DNA of 64,000 nt from Spirochaetaceae bacterium (GTDB lineage Bacteria > Spirochaetota > Spirochaetia > DSM-2461), in the NCBI GenBank assembly GCA_965224705.1, contig OZ245056.1, positions 2,912,001 to 2,976,000 of the forward strand. The letters run 5' to 3'. Below are positions 29,051 to 39,818 of this stretch, one piece after another (positions within the stretch are counted from its first letter, which is position 1; each line of letters begins with the position of its first letter). The notes under the pieces were generated by a model. It was not told the DNA's origin and made no database searches. It worked only from the letters and a program-made list of their open reading frames with translations. The position numbers and the translations under genes were made by a program.

Positions 29051-30207
29051 TCAGAAGGAAGATTAAAAATATCCATTCTCTTGAATGCTTCCATCGCCTC
29101 ATACTCGGCCAGTCCCAGGGCATCGTAACGTTCTGCCAGTTCCCGGTTTCGATCCTCGGCCCGCTGCCAGAATTCCCTGTTGTCATCACCGGGAAACCGG
29201 GCGGTATCTTTCTGGGACTGATGCCTGAAGATGGCCTGCCGCTTTCGCTTCACCTCATCCGGACTCATGGGCACAACCATATCGATCTCATCAATCGGCC
29301 ACTCATGCCAGGCTCCGCGATAGAGCCAGAATCGGCAGTCCTCCAGCCAGGAGGAATTCGGCATTTTGTTCAATGCTTTATAGATGGCCCTCAGACAGAT
29401 TTTATGGGTACCATGGGGATCGGCCAGATCACCGGCTGCATAAATCTGATGGGGACGCAGCCGATCCAGAAGATCTATAATCAGCTCAATATCCCGGTCC
29501 CCCAAAGGCAGTTTCTCCGGCGCACCGGAATGGTAGAACGGCATGTTAAGGAAATGGGCGCGGTCATCGGGAATGCCGATCATACGGCATGCCGCCAAAG
29601 CTTCACTGACCCGTATGATGGATTTCGTCCTCTTCACCGAATCTCCGTCGGGCATCCCTTCCGCCCTGGCATCCATCTCTCTCTTAACCTGGCCGAAAAA
29701 GTCCGCAGCAGGAGTATTTCCGCTGTTGAGCTCTTTCAGGAGGAGACGAAAAAAATCCCCGATCTGGACAACATCTTCATCAAAAACCGCTAAGTCCCCG
29801 GAAGTCTGGTAGGCCACATGGACTTCATGTTCCTGGTCAACCAGCCGGATGAAAGTCCCTCCCATTGAAATGACATCGTCATCCGGATGGGGACTGAAAA
29901 TCAGCACCCGCTTTTGGGGAGGGTTGGCCCGCTCCGGCCGGTTGGTGTCATCGGCACCGGGTTTTCCCCCAGGCCAACCGGTGATAGTATGCTGGAGTTC
30001 ATTGAATATCCGGATATTGATCCGATACGCCGAACCGAAGGTGTTCCGAAGGTTTTCCAGACCATGTTCTCGATAGTCGGAATCCGTCAGTTTCAGTATG
30101 GGTTTTCCAACCGTCGAACAGAGTTCCACCACAGCTTTACGAACCGAAGCATCGTCATCAGGGCAGGCCGAAAGCCGATTCCCGGGAGTGCTGCCGTCGA
30201 AGGTCAC
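29047..30207 (-). CDS. PIG-L/LmbE-type deacetylase equal to the C-terminal half of long-form NagB (deaminase domain absent)
   Basis: KPILKLT..DY, HTITGWPGGKP, SPHPDDDVISMGGT, DPHGTH and HQSQKD motifs; GTG overlaps the permease TGA. Confidence 0.8.
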   Translation of the reverse strand: MTFDGSTPGNRLSACPDDDASVRKAVVELCSTVGKPILKLTDSDYREHGLENLRNTFGSAYRINIRIFNELQHTITGWPGGKPGADDTNRPERANPPQKRVLIFSPHPDDDVISMGGTFIRLVDQEHEVHVAYQTSGDLAVFDEDVVQIGDFFRLLLKELNSGNTPAADFFGQVKREMDARAEGMPDGDSVKRTKSIIRVSEALAACRMIGIPDDRAHFLNMPFYHSGAPEKLPLGDRDIELIIDLLDRLRPHQIYAAGDLADPHGTHKICLRAIYKALNKMPNSSWLEDCRFWLYRGAWHEWPIDEIDMVVPMSPDEVKRKRQAIFRHQSQKDTARFPGDDNREFWQRAEDRNRELAERYDALGLAEYEAMEAFKRMDIFNLPSD

Positions 30208-31025
30208 CCTTTCACGCCCGTCGAAGTGATGCCCTCGATAAACTGCTTCTGCATGATGAGGTAAACCGTAAATATCGGAATCACGGAAATAACGGCACCG
30301 GCAAGAAGATAGTTCCACAGAGCAGAAAACTCGCCGATGAAGCTCACCAGTCCAAGGGTCAGTGTATAAAGCTTCTTGCTGTTGAGGTACACAAGGGGAC
30401 GCAGGAAGGCGTTCCAGTTTATCAGGAAAGAGATGATGAAAAGTGCCGAAAGGGATGCTTTGGAAACCGGAAGGAAAATCCTGCGGTAAATAGCGAATGG
30501 TTTTGCGCCGTCAACTACAGCCGCTTCCTCCAGTTCCTTCGGGACATTCTCATAGAAACTGCGCATGAGAAATACACCTGTGGTTCCGATAAGGAATGAG
30601 GGAACGATCAGCGGCAAATAGGTATCAATCCATCCCAGCTTCGCCATTAGAAGGAACTCGGGGATGATAACAACCTCTATGGGGACCATTATTGTTGCGA
30701 GAATGAGACCGAACAGCAGTTCCCGTCCCGGAAATTTCATTCGGGCAAAAGCAAATCCGGCGAGGCTGCAGGTGAAGAGCTGCCCCACCGCAGCCGTGGT
30801 TGCTATGAAAAGACTGTTGATCGTGAATCTCAGGAAGTTGTACTTGGAGAAAATCTCCCTGTAGTTATCCAGCGTTGGATTTTTGGCCAGGAATTCCGGA
30901 GGATCCGCATAGACGGCTTCCAGCGGCTGAAGCGATACATTCAGCATCCAGTAAAACGGAAATACGGCGACAACGGCAAAAAGTATCAGTATGCAGTACA
31001 GAATGATTTTGTGGGAGATTGTCAT
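30204..31025 (-). CDS. Carbohydrate ABC permease
   Basis: ELEEAAVVDGA; FARMKFPGR. Confidence 0.93.
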   Translation of the reverse strand: MTISHKIILYCILILFAVVAVFPFYWMLNVSLQPLEAVYADPPEFLAKNPTLDNYREIFSKYNFLRFTINSLFIATTAAVGQLFTCSLAGFAFARMKFPGRELLFGLILATIMVPIEVVIIPEFLLMAKLGWIDTYLPLIVPSFLIGTTGVFLMRSFYENVPKELEEAAVVDGAKPFAIYRRIFLPVSKASLSALFIISFLINWNAFLRPLVYLNSKKLYTLTLGLVSFIGEFSALWNYLLAGAVISVIPIFTVYLIMQKQFIEGITSTGVKG

Positions 31026-31034
31026 TTCGCCCGC

Positions 31035-31907
31035 CTAGCCCTGAGTCTGAACCCATCGGCTCTTGTAATAGAAATTGATGAAGGCAATACCGCCGACCAT
31101 GAGCATAAGCGTCATGGAAAGACTGGCCGCCTGGCCCATCTGAAACAGTTCAAAAGCATGCTGATAGATATAGTAGGCCATTGTCGTTGAAGAGGTCCCC
31201 GGCCCTCCCCGGGTCATCGCATAAATGATGTCAAAGTTCTTGAATGAATCGATCAGCGCCATGATCATCACAAAAAACATCGATGGTGTGATGAGGGGCA
31301 CTGTAATACGCCGAAAGAGGGCAAAAGGACCGGCACCGTCAATGCGTGCCGCTTCGTAGAGAGTTTTGGGGATATCCTGTAGGCCGGCAAGGTAGATAAC
31401 CATGTAATAGCCGACACGCTTCCAGGCGAATACGAAAGAGACGACAAGCAGCGAGTATTGCCGGTCGGAAATCCAGGACGGCGGCGATTCGACACCAAGA
31501 GATCTGAGAAGGAAATTGATCATTCCAACATCGGCTCCAAATATCCATCGCCAGACGATACCCACCGCTACGGTGGATGTGATGACCGGAGCAAAGTACA
31601 TCGCACGGAAAGCGGTCGTGCCTTTTACACCCTGATTGAGCAGTACAGCCAGAATGAGGGAACCGAAGACGATGGAAGGAACGAAAATCAAACTGAAACG
31701 AAGCGTGTTCCAAACAATCTTCCAGAATGTCGAGTCCCTGACGAATTCGGAATAATTCTCCAGACCCACCCAACTCGGATTGCCGAACATACTCCAATCG
31801 GTCAATGAAATCCCTCCGGCAAATCCAAGGGGACCGAGGCGGAACACGAACAGTCCTATCATGGCCAGGAGTATGAAGAGATAGGGGACGTAAAGTTTGT
31901 ATCTCAT
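31035..31907 (-). CDS. Carbohydrate ABC permease
   Basis: LYEAARIDGA; MTRGGP. Confidence 0.93.
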   Translation of the reverse strand: MRYKLYVPYLFILLAMIGLFVFRLGPLGFAGGISLTDWSMFGNPSWVGLENYSEFVRDSTFWKIVWNTLRFSLIFVPSIVFGSLILAVLLNQGVKGTTAFRAMYFAPVITSTVAVGIVWRWIFGADVGMINFLLRSLGVESPPSWISDRQYSLLVVSFVFAWKRVGYYMVIYLAGLQDIPKTLYEAARIDGAGPFALFRRITVPLITPSMFFVMIMALIDSFKNFDIIYAMTRGGPGTSSTTMAYYIYQHAFELFQMGQAASLSMTLMLMVGGIAFINFYYKSRWVQTQG

Positions 31908-31971
31908 GGATCCATCCTGTCGACATTGCCGCGGAACCGGAAACAGCCCCGGTGCCGCAGCAATTCAAATA

Positions 31972-33294
31972 TCAGCGATACGCCTTGTCCAGCATTTTAT
32001 TTATTTCAGCATCCGCCTCAGCATAGAATTCGTCGAGGGTTATATCACCGTTGAGTGATGCATCAATGAACTCACTGAGACCAGCTCCTTCCGCACTGGC
32101 ATATCCGCGCCAGAACTTCCAGTACTTCGTATAGAAATGATCGGCGTTTTCACCGTAGCTCAGGATTATCGGTTTGTTCTCAGGGGGCAGTCCCCGTGAT
32201 TTGAATACATTCCATTCATCGGAATAGGCCTCTTCCTTGAAGAACGGCACTTTGCCGGGATAGTAATCAGCCGCCGGCCGCTGAAGAACATATTTGACGA
32301 AATCCCAGGCGGCATCCGGATTTTTAGAACTCGCAGGAATGGCGATGCCGTCTGCCCAGGCGTGCATGGTATCCGCCTTCCAGCGAGGTCCTCTCGGATA
32401 ATAAGCAACATCCCAGTCAAACTCGGCTTCCATATCTTCCCGCATGAATTTGATATTCCAGCTTCCCTCTGAAATCATAGCGGCTTCTTCCTGCTGGAAG
32501 AGAAGCTTGATCTTCTTCTTGTCGAGATCGTAATCCTTCGGGGGCGGGATGACTTTGTGGGTGTTGGCCAGGTCATAGATGAATTCGATGGCTTCCCGGG
32601 CATTGCTGTCCGGATCCCATGTCAATGCGGAACGATTCAGATAGTCGCCGTCATTCTGGAGTATCCATCCGTCATACACCGCATACCGTGAGAATACTCC
32701 GTATCCCCATTGATCGGTAGCACCATCGCCGTCGGTATCCTGAGTCAGAGCCCTGGCTTTCTCCAGGAACTCATCCCAGTCCCAGCCTTCGGTGGGATAT
32801 TCGACACCGTTGGCATCAAACATGTCCTTGTTGTAGAAGATCAGAGAACCGACCCATGCGAAAGGAACACTGTAATAACGGCCGTCAATCGCGAAGCTGG
32901 ATTCAAGAACACTCCAGAAGTAATCATCTTCGGCGAAATCCGCTTTTATCCTGTCGGTGAGGTCCAGCAAGGCCCCCTGGTCAACGAAATCCTCAACGGA
33001 ATTCGGATGCATGTTGAACACATCCGGCATCTGTTTGGATGCCGCCATCGCGGCAAGTTTGGTCCAGTAGCTCTTGGGATCCAGAGCTGTCAGGTTGATG
33101 GTTACATTGGGATTCTCAGCCTCATAGCGGTCGATCATTCCCTGTTCCTGAGCCTCAAAGTTCGGATCCCACATCCAATACTCAAGGGTTATCGGTTCTC
33201 CAGTCTCCGGAGCATCACCATCATCATCACCACTGGCGAACAATAATCCTATACTCAGCACGAGTAGGATCATCACGAAAAACAAGCGTTTCAT
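31972..33294 (-). CDS. Carbohydrate ABC substrate-binding protein
   Basis: Signal peptide; PDVF; YNKDMFD..GV.YP..WDWDEF. Confidence 0.9.
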   Translation of the reverse strand: MKRLFFVMILLVLSIGLLFASGDDDGDAPETGEPITLEYWMWDPNFEAQEQGMIDRYEAENPNVTINLTALDPKSYWTKLAAMAASKQMPDVFNMHPNSVEDFVDQGALLDLTDRIKADFAEDDYFWSVLESSFAIDGRYYSVPFAWVGSLIFYNKDMFDANGVEYPTEGWDWDEFLEKARALTQDTDGDGATDQWGYGVFSRYAVYDGWILQNDGDYLNRSALTWDPDSNAREAIEFIYDLANTHKVIPPPKDYDLDKKKIKLLFQQEEAAMISEGSWNIKFMREDMEAEFDWDVAYYPRGPRWKADTMHAWADGIAIPASSKNPDAAWDFVKYVLQRPAADYYPGKVPFFKEEAYSDEWNVFKSRGLPPENKPIILSYGENADHFYTKYWKFWRGYASAEGAGLSEFIDASLNGDITLDEFYAEADAEINKMLDKAYR

Positions 33295-33468
33295 AGACAC
33301 CTCCATTTAAACCTTTTCCGATTCAACAAATCGGTTTTTGTCACTGAGAAGCAGTCCCGGTCGACCGGTTGGCGCACTGTCCACCCCTGTCTCCGGAAGA
33401 AATCGAAAAGCCTTCTCCACACCATCTCGTTCCGGCATCCGGGTGAATATCGACAACACCGAGCAAAG

Positions 33469-33890
33469 TGAGGTGGACCCCAAATGTTAGACAGCAACGC
33501 TGTCCTTTTTTGGTGGATAATCAGGCTTTGATTCCTGCTCATCCTGTGATTGTTTAACCTTATCGTAAAGCATGATGGGAGTCAACCCACCCAGAGATTC
33601 ATGGGATCCCTCCTCCATGTTCACGTAATCCTTATCTACTGGAAAGACCTTTTACTGGAAAGACCTTTGAACCCGGCTCCAGGCGGCCTGGATTGGGCTT
33701 CTGGTCAATTGTCTGCCATTCCATCATCCCTATCAGCCGCTGGATATGCTTACGGTTGACCTTGTATCCCTCAAGGCGCAGTTTGTCTCTTAGCTTACAC
33801 GAACCCCAGGTGGGATTATCCGCATGAAGCTCATCCATTTTACAGTGAACCACCTTAATACAAACACTGAGTGTCCGATTCAAGGGGCTC
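33469..33890. mobile_element. IS3-family debris that truncates the gene upstream of the ABC operon
   Basis: tgaggtggaccccaaatgttagaca IS3-type end; MDELH..NPTWGS.KL...LR.EGYKVNRKHIQRL OrfB piece on the minus strand. Confidence 0.65.
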
Positions 33891-33974
33891 ACCTCACCCT
33901 GCTCTGGCTGAGGCTAATCTTTAAGAATAAGATGTTATGCGTGCTTCGGCGGCAGTTTGAACATTTAGGAATAC

Positions 33975-34694
33975 CTAATAATCTTCAAGGTTTCCAAATT
34001 GATTTTCAATACCTTTTCCCCAGAATTTTTCGATAACTTCGTGATGTTTTATTTTTGCAATGTATTCTGCGGCATATAGATGGTGCTGGGTCATCAGGTT
34101 TCTTGCAAATTCTGCCTTTCCTGATTTTATTGCTTTTAGCAATACCCGATGTTCTGACAGTGATTCATTCGGTTCCCGGGTTAATCCGTGTTGGTAGCTG
34201 TTTATTAAATGGTGATGGTTGTTGCCTATCTGGAGCAGCATTGTATTGCCGCATTTATTCAGAATTTCCATGTGAAATGTCTGGTCAAGGCTTAGATATT
34301 CCCTGGCTTCTCCGGGTCTTACACCGCATTTAAAGCGGTCAAAGAGGGACAGAAATTTATCTTCCGGATTGTAGTGGTCCCTGGTATAGATGTAGACGGC
34401 CATCCCTTCAATGGCCGCTCTTGTGTAGTAGGCTTCTTCAATATCCTGCCATGTAACTTTTCTGAGAAAATAACCGTAATTCTTCTGGTGCTCAATTACC
34501 CCCGTCCCGGTTAGACGATTAATGGCCTCATTGACGGGGGTCATACTTACATTCAGTTTTTCCGCCAATTCGTTTTTATTAATCTTTTCTCCATAGGGGA
34601 TGTCTCCATAGAGGATCATTCTAACGATTTGGTTGTAAACCAACTGTACTCTATTGCTTTTTTTCTCAGGCATGCTCTTATCCAGGATACTCAA
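33975..34694 (-). CDS. GntR/FadR-family regulator
   Basis: LAEKLNVSMTPVNEA HTH; FCD domain motifs (FH..I, EH..LL). Confidence 0.9.
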   Translation of the reverse strand: MSILDKSMPEKKSNRVQLVYNQIVRMILYGDIPYGEKINKNELAEKLNVSMTPVNEAINRLTGTGVIEHQKNYGYFLRKVTWQDIEEAYYTRAAIEGMAVYIYTRDHYNPEDKFLSLFDRFKCGVRPGEAREYLSLDQTFHMEILNKCGNTMLLQIGNNHHHLINSYQHGLTREPNESLSEHRVLLKAIKSGKAEFARNLMTQHHLYAAEYIAKIKHHEVIEKFWGKGIENQFGNLEDY

Positions 34695-34726
34695 TTTGCT
34701 TGATTTTTATCTCTCCTTTAACAAAG

Positions 34727-35169
34727 GAGCCTCTTCAAAAACTTATCTAATTGAATTATCTTGTAATCCGCATTTGAAATCGTTATGAAAAAGGGCCACA
34801 TCCACTACGCTACTCTCAACATAGAAAAGACCGGGGGCCATGAAGACCATATCAGAAATCTCAGGCGGAGCGCAAGGAGTCTGTCGGACTTCAAGGCTTT
34901 GAGGCGATATCTGATTATTTTTCCGGTACAAGGTGGTAAAAGCGGAGCGCAGCTTAAGCTGCGTGAGCATTTTGCAGCACGGTAGGGGAAAAACTTGAAT
35001 ACGAACTACAGGGTTGTTTTGGCTGAGCTGTGAACACCGCTCCTTTCTCCATCATCGTAAAAGGTTTGGCAAAAGCTTCATTTTCAATGAGGATTTGGCC
35101 GAGGAAGCATCAGGGACATCGGCATTTCTTCTCTAACTGATGCCTGATAGAGAGTTTTCGAATTAGCTC
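34727..35169. mobile_element. 443-bp MITE-like element with a nested partial hairpin MITE; supplies the stop codon of transketolase C
   Basis: Ends gagcctcttcaaaaact / agttttcgaattagctc; right 110 bp resembles 8125-8236; left part resembles 51226-51360; aggagtctgtcggactt at 34875. Confidence 0.75.
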
Positions 35170-36101
35170 TCCTGTATCTGCATTTCCATAGCTGAATTCA
35201 CGATATTCTCAATGGTGATATCATTTTTTCTCAGCAGAACGCTGTAAGGCGCAGATTCACCGAATGTATCCTGAATTCCCACTCTTTTTACAATACCCTT
35301 TCCCAATTCCGCCGCTACCTCACAGACCGCGGAGCCAAGACCGTTGATGATATTGTGATCTTCTACGCTAATAATCCGGCCAATATCTTTCACAGCTTTT
35401 TTTACGGCTTCAACATCCAGGGGCTTTATTGTATGCATGTCCAGGAGTCGAACGGAAAGTCCTTTCTTCTCCAGTGCTTCGGCGGCTGATACTGCCAGTG
35501 ACATAATGTCTCCATTGGCAATAATGGCTATATCCTTACCTTCTTTAAGAAGATGAGCTTTGCCGATGGTAAAATCCTGATTCTCATTATAGATGTAGGG
35601 GATGGGGTCGCGAGTGAACCGCAGATAAACCGGGCCCTTATATTCCGCAGCGGCTCTGACCAGTTTCCTGGCGGAATAGTAATCCGCCGGCATGATAACC
35701 GTCATATTGGGGATGCTTCGGTAAATACCCATATCCTCGACGCCCTGGTGACTGGCACCGTCATTGGCCGGGGTAAAGCCGCCGTGGGAACAGGCTATTT
35801 TCGCGTTTTGTTTTGGGTAGCAAATTTCCTGTCGAATCTGTTCGCACATCCTCATACTTCCGAAAACAGCATAAGTTGTGATAAAAGGGATTTTACCGCA
35901 TGAGGCCAGACCGGCGGCTACGCCTGCGGCATTCTGTTCAGCGATACCTACATGTACATGCTGATTCGGAAGCTCCTGGAAAAAAGGAACAGTTCTACAT
36001 GATTTTCCGATGTCGGCATCGATCACATAGATATCCGGGTTCTCTCTTCCCAATTCCAGTATTTCATCTCCGTAGGCATCTCTTGTTGCTTTTCCTTCCA
36101 T
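35163..36101 (-). CDS. Transketolase C-terminal subunit
   Basis: GIAEQN, DGASHQ, GPVYLR, HTIKPLD and EDH..INGLG motifs. Confidence 0.93.
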   Translation of the reverse strand: MEGKATRDAYGDEILELGRENPDIYVIDADIGKSCRTVPFFQELPNQHVHVGIAEQNAAGVAAGLASCGKIPFITTYAVFGSMRMCEQIRQEICYPKQNAKIACSHGGFTPANDGASHQGVEDMGIYRSIPNMTVIMPADYYSARKLVRAAAEYKGPVYLRFTRDPIPYIYNENQDFTIGKAHLLKEGKDIAIIANGDIMSLAVSAAEALEKKGLSVRLLDMHTIKPLDVEAVKKAVKDIGRIISVEDHNIINGLGSAVCEVAAELGKGIVKRVGIQDTFGESAPYSVLLRKNDITIENIVNSAMEMQIQES

Positions 36102-36104
36102 CTG

Positions 36105-36938
36105 TTATACCGCCTCCTCAATCTCTTTCATGGCCTGGGCGAATTGTTCATCATCCGGGGCCATTCCGTGCCACATCACAACATTTTCCATGAATGACAC
36201 ACCTTTGCCTTTTACGGTTTTTCCTACAATCACCTTCGGTTTTCCATTTTTCCTGTCCCGGATGGTATCAAGGGTATGGACAATCTCTTCCATGCTGTGG
36301 CCGTCGATTCCATGGGCTTCACAGCCAAAGGCTTCAAATTTGGCTCTCAGGTCGCCGTTGGGCATTACCACATCACAGGTGTCATCATTCTGAAGGTTGT
36401 TGTTGTCCACAATAACCACAAGGTTGTCCAGCCGATATTTAACTGCCGTCATGACAGCTTCCCAAATTTGTCCTTCCTGGCTTTCTCCGTCACCGATAAC
36501 GCAGAATACTCTGTAGGAGAGTTTGTCCCGCTTTGCTGCCAGGGCCATTCCTACCGCCGTAGATAGGCCCTGTCCAAGAGAACCGGTGCTAATATCGATA
36601 CCGGGGCATACTTTCATATCAGGATGCCCCTGTAATATGGAACCTTCTTTTCGCAGTGTGTAGATCGTTTCATAGGGAAAGTATTCACGCAATGCCAGGG
36701 CTGAATACAGAATGGGGCAGACATGTCCCTTGGAAAGTACGAAACGGTCTCTGTTTTCCCATTCAGGTTCTTCGGGACGGATATTCAGCTCGCTGAAATA
36801 CAGCGCCGCCATAAAATCCGCCGCAGAGAGGCTCCCTCCGGGATGGCCGGATTGGGCCGCATGTATCATCGTTAATGTCGTTTTACGAAGTTCCCTGGCC
36901 TTCATTTTCAACATTGAAATTTTCTCAGTTTTATCCAT
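36105..36938 (-). CDS. Transketolase N-terminal subunit
   Basis: SGHPGGSLS, DRFVLSKGH, LQGHP, TGSLGQG and the ThDP motif GDGE...N. Confidence 0.95.
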   Translation of the reverse strand: MDKTEKISMLKMKARELRKTTLTMIHAAQSGHPGGSLSAADFMAALYFSELNIRPEEPEWENRDRFVLSKGHVCPILYSALALREYFPYETIYTLRKEGSILQGHPDMKVCPGIDISTGSLGQGLSTAVGMALAAKRDKLSYRVFCVIGDGESQEGQIWEAVMTAVKYRLDNLVVIVDNNNLQNDDTCDVVMPNGDLRAKFEAFGCEAHGIDGHSMEEIVHTLDTIRDRKNGKPKVIVGKTVKGKGVSFMENVVMWHGMAPDDEQFAQAMKEIEEAV

Positions 36939-36957
36939 ATCACATCTCCTACAATGG

Positions 36958-38238
36958 TCAATTCAATAATCCCGGTAGGAAAAGCACTACCGGAGGAACA
37001 TAGGTCATAAGAAGCAAAATTACGAATCCTACGATGAAGAAAGGTTTTGAGGCTCCTACTGATTCCTGCAGTGAGCAGTTGGCAATTTTGCTTGCCAGAT
37101 TTAAACAGAGTCCCACCGGTGGTGTAACGACTCCGAGACAAAGGTTGAAAACCAGTATGATTCCCAGGTGGACCGGATCGATTCCCAGATCGACGCAGAG
37201 GGGGAATAAAATCGGGACAAAAATCAAAAGTGCTGCATTGGCTTCAACGAACATGCCGATGACGAGCATGAAAAGGTTAATCAGTAAAAGGACAATCCAT
37301 TTGTTACTGGTGAGGCTGAAGATCATATTGCTGACGATCATGGGCACCTGAGCCACTATCAGCATGTATGAAAAGAGTTTGGCTGCTCCTATTAGAATCA
37401 TTACGGAGGATATTAAAATAAGGGAATCTTTGAGGATGTTATAAACATCCTCAATGGATTTGATTCCCTTGTAAATGAAGATTCCCACGAAAAGCGAATA
37501 GACCGCCGCTATGGCCGCTGCTTCGGTTACGGTGCTAATGCCGAAAAGAATAGAGCCGACAACTACGACGGGCATAAGGATGGCCCATCCCACATCCTTG
37601 AGACTGATCAATTTCTGTTTCCAGGTGGATTTTTCATGGCGGGGATAGTTCTTTTTCGAGGCGATGATCGATACTGCAATCATTAGGCCGAAGCCGAAAA
37701 GCAAGCCCGGAACGGCTCCCCCCACAAAGAGTTTGGTAATGGAAACTCCGGTAATAATGCCATAGACCACCATGGTTATGCTCGGAGGAATAATCGGTCC
37801 CAAACCGCTGGAGAATGCCGTAATCGATGCTGAAAACCCCGCTTCATACCCCTCCTTCTTCATGGACGGAATCAATATTCCTCCGATTGAAGAGGTGTCG
37901 GCTACGGCAGAACCGGACATCCCGCCGAAGAGCATGCTGGATAATACATTGATCTGCGCCAGACCGCCTTTGTAGGAACCGACAAAGCAGTTGGCAAAAT
38001 CTACTATTTTTTTGGTAATTCCACCGTAATTCATGGCATTTCCGGCCACAACGAAGAGGGGAATGGCCATCAGAGAAAACGAATCAATTCCGGAAAATAT
38101 CCGCTGGGCAATCATGGAAAGGGGAATATCCATCACGAAGACGGCGGAGAAAATGCTGGATAATCCCAGGGCCGCTGCAATAGGGACTCCCAGGAACGCG
38201 AGGCCCACAAATACAATCATCAAGGATAGAATTAACAT
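36958..38238 (-). CDS. dctM: TRAP transporter large permease
   Basis: SGSAVAD, PIIPPS, TVTEAA and TPPVG motifs. Confidence 0.93.
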   Translation of the reverse strand: MLILSLMIVFVGLAFLGVPIAAALGLSSIFSAVFVMDIPLSMIAQRIFSGIDSFSLMAIPLFVVAGNAMNYGGITKKIVDFANCFVGSYKGGLAQINVLSSMLFGGMSGSAVADTSSIGGILIPSMKKEGYEAGFSASITAFSSGLGPIIPPSITMVVYGIITGVSITKLFVGGAVPGLLFGFGLMIAVSIIASKKNYPRHEKSTWKQKLISLKDVGWAILMPVVVVGSILFGISTVTEAAAIAAVYSLFVGIFIYKGIKSIEDVYNILKDSLILISSVMILIGAAKLFSYMLIVAQVPMIVSNMIFSLTSNKWIVLLLINLFMLVIGMFVEANAALLIFVPILFPLCVDLGIDPVHLGIILVFNLCLGVVTPPVGLCLNLASKIANCSLQESVGASKPFFIVGFVILLLMTYVPPVVLFLPGLLN

Positions 38239-38741
38239 TATTTAGCCTCCGATTCAGACTGATCCGGGCTGCTGTTATTGATGATCATGAGGATTGTTTT
38301 TTCCAGGATATAGATGATAGACAGGACCGATCCTATGACAAAAGAGAGATAAACATAGTACATGGGAAAGCCCAGTCCTGGAATTATTCTGTTTTTTGCC
38401 GCAGGAAGCAGTTCCAGAATGGAAATAAGCAGTACGACAGAAAATGTCAGCTCCATAAGCTTAATAAAAAAAGCGTTTACCTTTAGGAACACCGGTTTTC
38501 TTTTTAGAAGAACATCCAGAATGTCGACACGAATATTTTCATCTTTCCGAATCACCACTCCGAAAAGAATTATGGTGATCCAGACATTTCCGTAGCGGGC
38601 AAATTCTTCAATCCAGATGGATGAACTGCTGAACAGGTACCGGCTGATTACCTGGTAAAAGAGAACAGCAATTACCGCTGCAAGCAGTATTGACATGACA
38701 ATAAGGCATACTTTTTCGATGCCGTTTAAAATCTTTTTCAT
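38238..38741 (-). CDS. dctQ: TRAP transporter small permease
   Basis: QVISRY...WIEEFARY...IRVD; four TM segments. Confidence 0.9.
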   Translation of the reverse strand: MKKILNGIEKVCLIVMSILLAAVIAVLFYQVISRYLFSSSSIWIEEFARYGNVWITIILFGVVIRKDENIRVDILDVLLKRKPVFLKVNAFFIKLMELTFSVVLLISILELLPAAKNRIIPGLGFPMYYVYLSFVIGSVLSIIYILEKTILMIINNSSPDQSESEAK

Positions 38742-38748
38742 AGAAATT

Positions 38749-39792
38749 TTACTCCCCGAAAATGACGATGTTTTTTATATCATCGTTTCTCTTTCCTTCT
38801 GCCATTTCGCGGACGACCCTGCCGGCATCTGCAAAGGGAACTATATTGGAAATGAGTTCACCTGGGAAATTGACTCGTTTGTACCTGTACTGTTCAATGG
38901 CCATTTCATAGTCATCTCTATTGTACATGGCTGTACCCATCAGATTTCTTTCAAATTGCTGTATCTGGAAGCTGTCAATGGGGACTTTTTCGCCATATAC
39001 CGCAATCAAAATGATTTTTCCCCGGGGTTTTGTCATTTTCAATGCCTGTTCCATGGCTTTTTCCGAAGGAACGGCCAGAAATACAGCATCCAGTCCGTTG
39101 GGTTCTATTTCAAGAACCGATTGAACCGGATCGGTCCTGCCTGAATTGACGGCGTAAGAAGCACCGAGCTTTTCGGCCATCTCAAGTTTGGATCGGCTTA
39201 AATCGAAAACGAAACATGATTTACGCCCCGAAGTTTCGGCGGCGATCAATGTCATCAATCCGATTGTTCCGGCTCCGATTATACCGATAGTTTGATTGAG
39301 TTCTATTTTAGCTTGCCGGACAGCGTGGAGCCCTACGCAGTAAGGCTCCAGCAGTGCTCCGACAGAGTAGGACATGCTATCAGGAATGGGATAACACATG
39401 GATTCCCTGACGATGATTTTCTCAGCGAATGAACCTGTCCAGTCACCCACTCCAAGGACTTCCTTGGATGTGCATTCCTGATACTCTCCGTGAAGACAGA
39501 AGTGGCAAACTCCGCATCCTACATGCGGCTCAATGGCCACACGGTCACCAATTTTCAAGCTTTTGACGCCGCTGCCTACTTCGCATACCACACCGGCACA
39601 CTCGTGTCCTGTTATAACCGGAGGTACACGGTAGGGGTGGGTTCCTTTGAAAGCCATAATATCACTGGCGCAGATACCTGCGGCTTTTAATTCGACCACA
39701 ACACCGTTTCCTTCCGAAACTACAGGTTGTTCAACATCGACTATTTCTGCTTGATAAGGTTCGGTAAACTTCCATGCCTTCATATTTGCCAC
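38749..39792 (-). CDS. Zn-dependent sugar/polyol dehydrogenase (MDR family)
   Basis: GICASD, GHE, CGVCHFC...C and GAGTIG motifs. Confidence 0.93.
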   Translation of the reverse strand: MANMKAWKFTEPYQAEIVDVEQPVVSEGNGVVVELKAAGICASDIMAFKGTHPYRVPPVITGHECAGVVCEVGSGVKSLKIGDRVAIEPHVGCGVCHFCLHGEYQECTSKEVLGVGDWTGSFAEKIIVRESMCYPIPDSMSYSVGALLEPYCVGLHAVRQAKIELNQTIGIIGAGTIGLMTLIAAETSGRKSCFVFDLSRSKLEMAEKLGASYAVNSGRTDPVQSVLEIEPNGLDAVFLAVPSEKAMEQALKMTKPRGKIILIAVYGEKVPIDSFQIQQFERNLMGTAMYNRDDYEMAIEQYRYKRVNFPGELISNIVPFADAGRVVREMAEGKRNDDIKNIVIFGE

Positions 39793-39818
39793 TCCTATCC
39801 TGTCATTCTCCTTATGCC

